NCBI GenBank assembly: GCA_028534125.1
Contig: CM052816.1
Span: 6,078,001 to 6,142,000, forward strand
Direction: 5' to 3'
From: Lama glama
Lineage: Eukaryota
DNA length: 64,000 nt
The notes beneath the pieces were generated by a model. It was not told where the DNA came from. It did no database searches and saw only the letters and a program-made list of their open reading frames with translations. Both the position numbers and the translations under genes were made by a program. This document shows positions 63,201-64,000 of this stretch, one piece after another. How positions within the stretch are numbered: position 1 is the stretch's first letter; every line of letters begins with the position of its first letter.

Positions 63201-64000
63201 CACCACTAAAATGGAAGTTAGGAATCCCTTGCAGTTATAGATGCCCAGAGATGTGAATGCACATTAGGTGAAGTCTGGTGACGTAGAATATCTGGAGAAG
63301 ACAGTGGTGGATGAAACTGACAAGGTAGGAGTGAGCTGGATAATGAGAGTCCTTGAATGTCAATCCAAGGAAGCTTGATTTTATCTTACAGGCACTGTGC
63401 CCATCAAAAAACAAAACAAAACTTTCTGATCTAGTCCCATCTCTATTGTGGGCTGATGATTTCAGTACCGGAGTCACAATTAGACTGAGAGATTGGATAT
63501 GGGAGATGGGTTAAGAGGCTGTAGTATTAAATAGCACAACAGAAATCTGGGAGAGACCTGGAAAGGGTAGTGACAGTGATGAAGGAGAGAATAAAACAGG
63601 AAGTCAAGAGAGGAGAAAGAATTTAGTAAACTTGATAACTTATTGAATGGGAGTTATTGGGGTAAGATAGGGAGATGTCCAGTGTTACTGAAGTCACTTA
63701 CTTAGGAAAGACAGGGGAACACTATAACTGAGTGGAAAGTTATAGACACGTTGAATTAGGAGATATTTTGATCCTTGAGAAATTGCAGCCTAGGTCTCCA
63801 GAGAAAGGTCAGAGAGAGATAAATAGGTGATAATAAAGGTCAAGGGAGTGGAGGACAGAGCACAGGAAGAGTGCACAAAGGATGGGGGTACATGATGATA
63901 AGAGACCATTTCATGTCCCCTTTCATTCATTTACTAATGTACACGTTTAACAAACATCCATTATGAGTTGAGTCACCATATATCCCACCTTATCTGGGAC

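Overview
This is mammalian (eutherian) non-coding, intron-like DNA. It is most likely camelid, judged from two tRNA-derived Vic-1-type SINEs and cetartiodactyl-type L1 3' UTRs. About half the window is recognisable interspersed repeat: L1 of several ages, L2, MIR, L3/CR1, MaLR/ERVL solo LTRs, and hAT/Tigger DNA transposon fossils. There is one 500-N scaffold gap (17350-17849). No intact long protein-coding ORF is present; the ORF track consists of chance ORFs, repeat-derived ORFs and gap artefacts. Two things stand out. (1) A series of very short, splice-signal-bounded candidate exons lies on the + strand (27 nt at 36901, 53 nt at 50014, 23 nt at 51635, 31 nt at 55371, 8/12 nt at 55833). They suggest a large host gene with microexons, which I cannot name. 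(2) Three independent L1 derivatives have the ORF1 end/inter-ORF region fused directly to the 3' end with ORF2 missing (half-L1-like). One has a splice-like AG junction and one is bracketed by a target-site duplication. Repeat family names come from recalled consensus motifs, not a database search, and repeat boundaries are approximate. I found no convincing evidence of a wholly new biological system.
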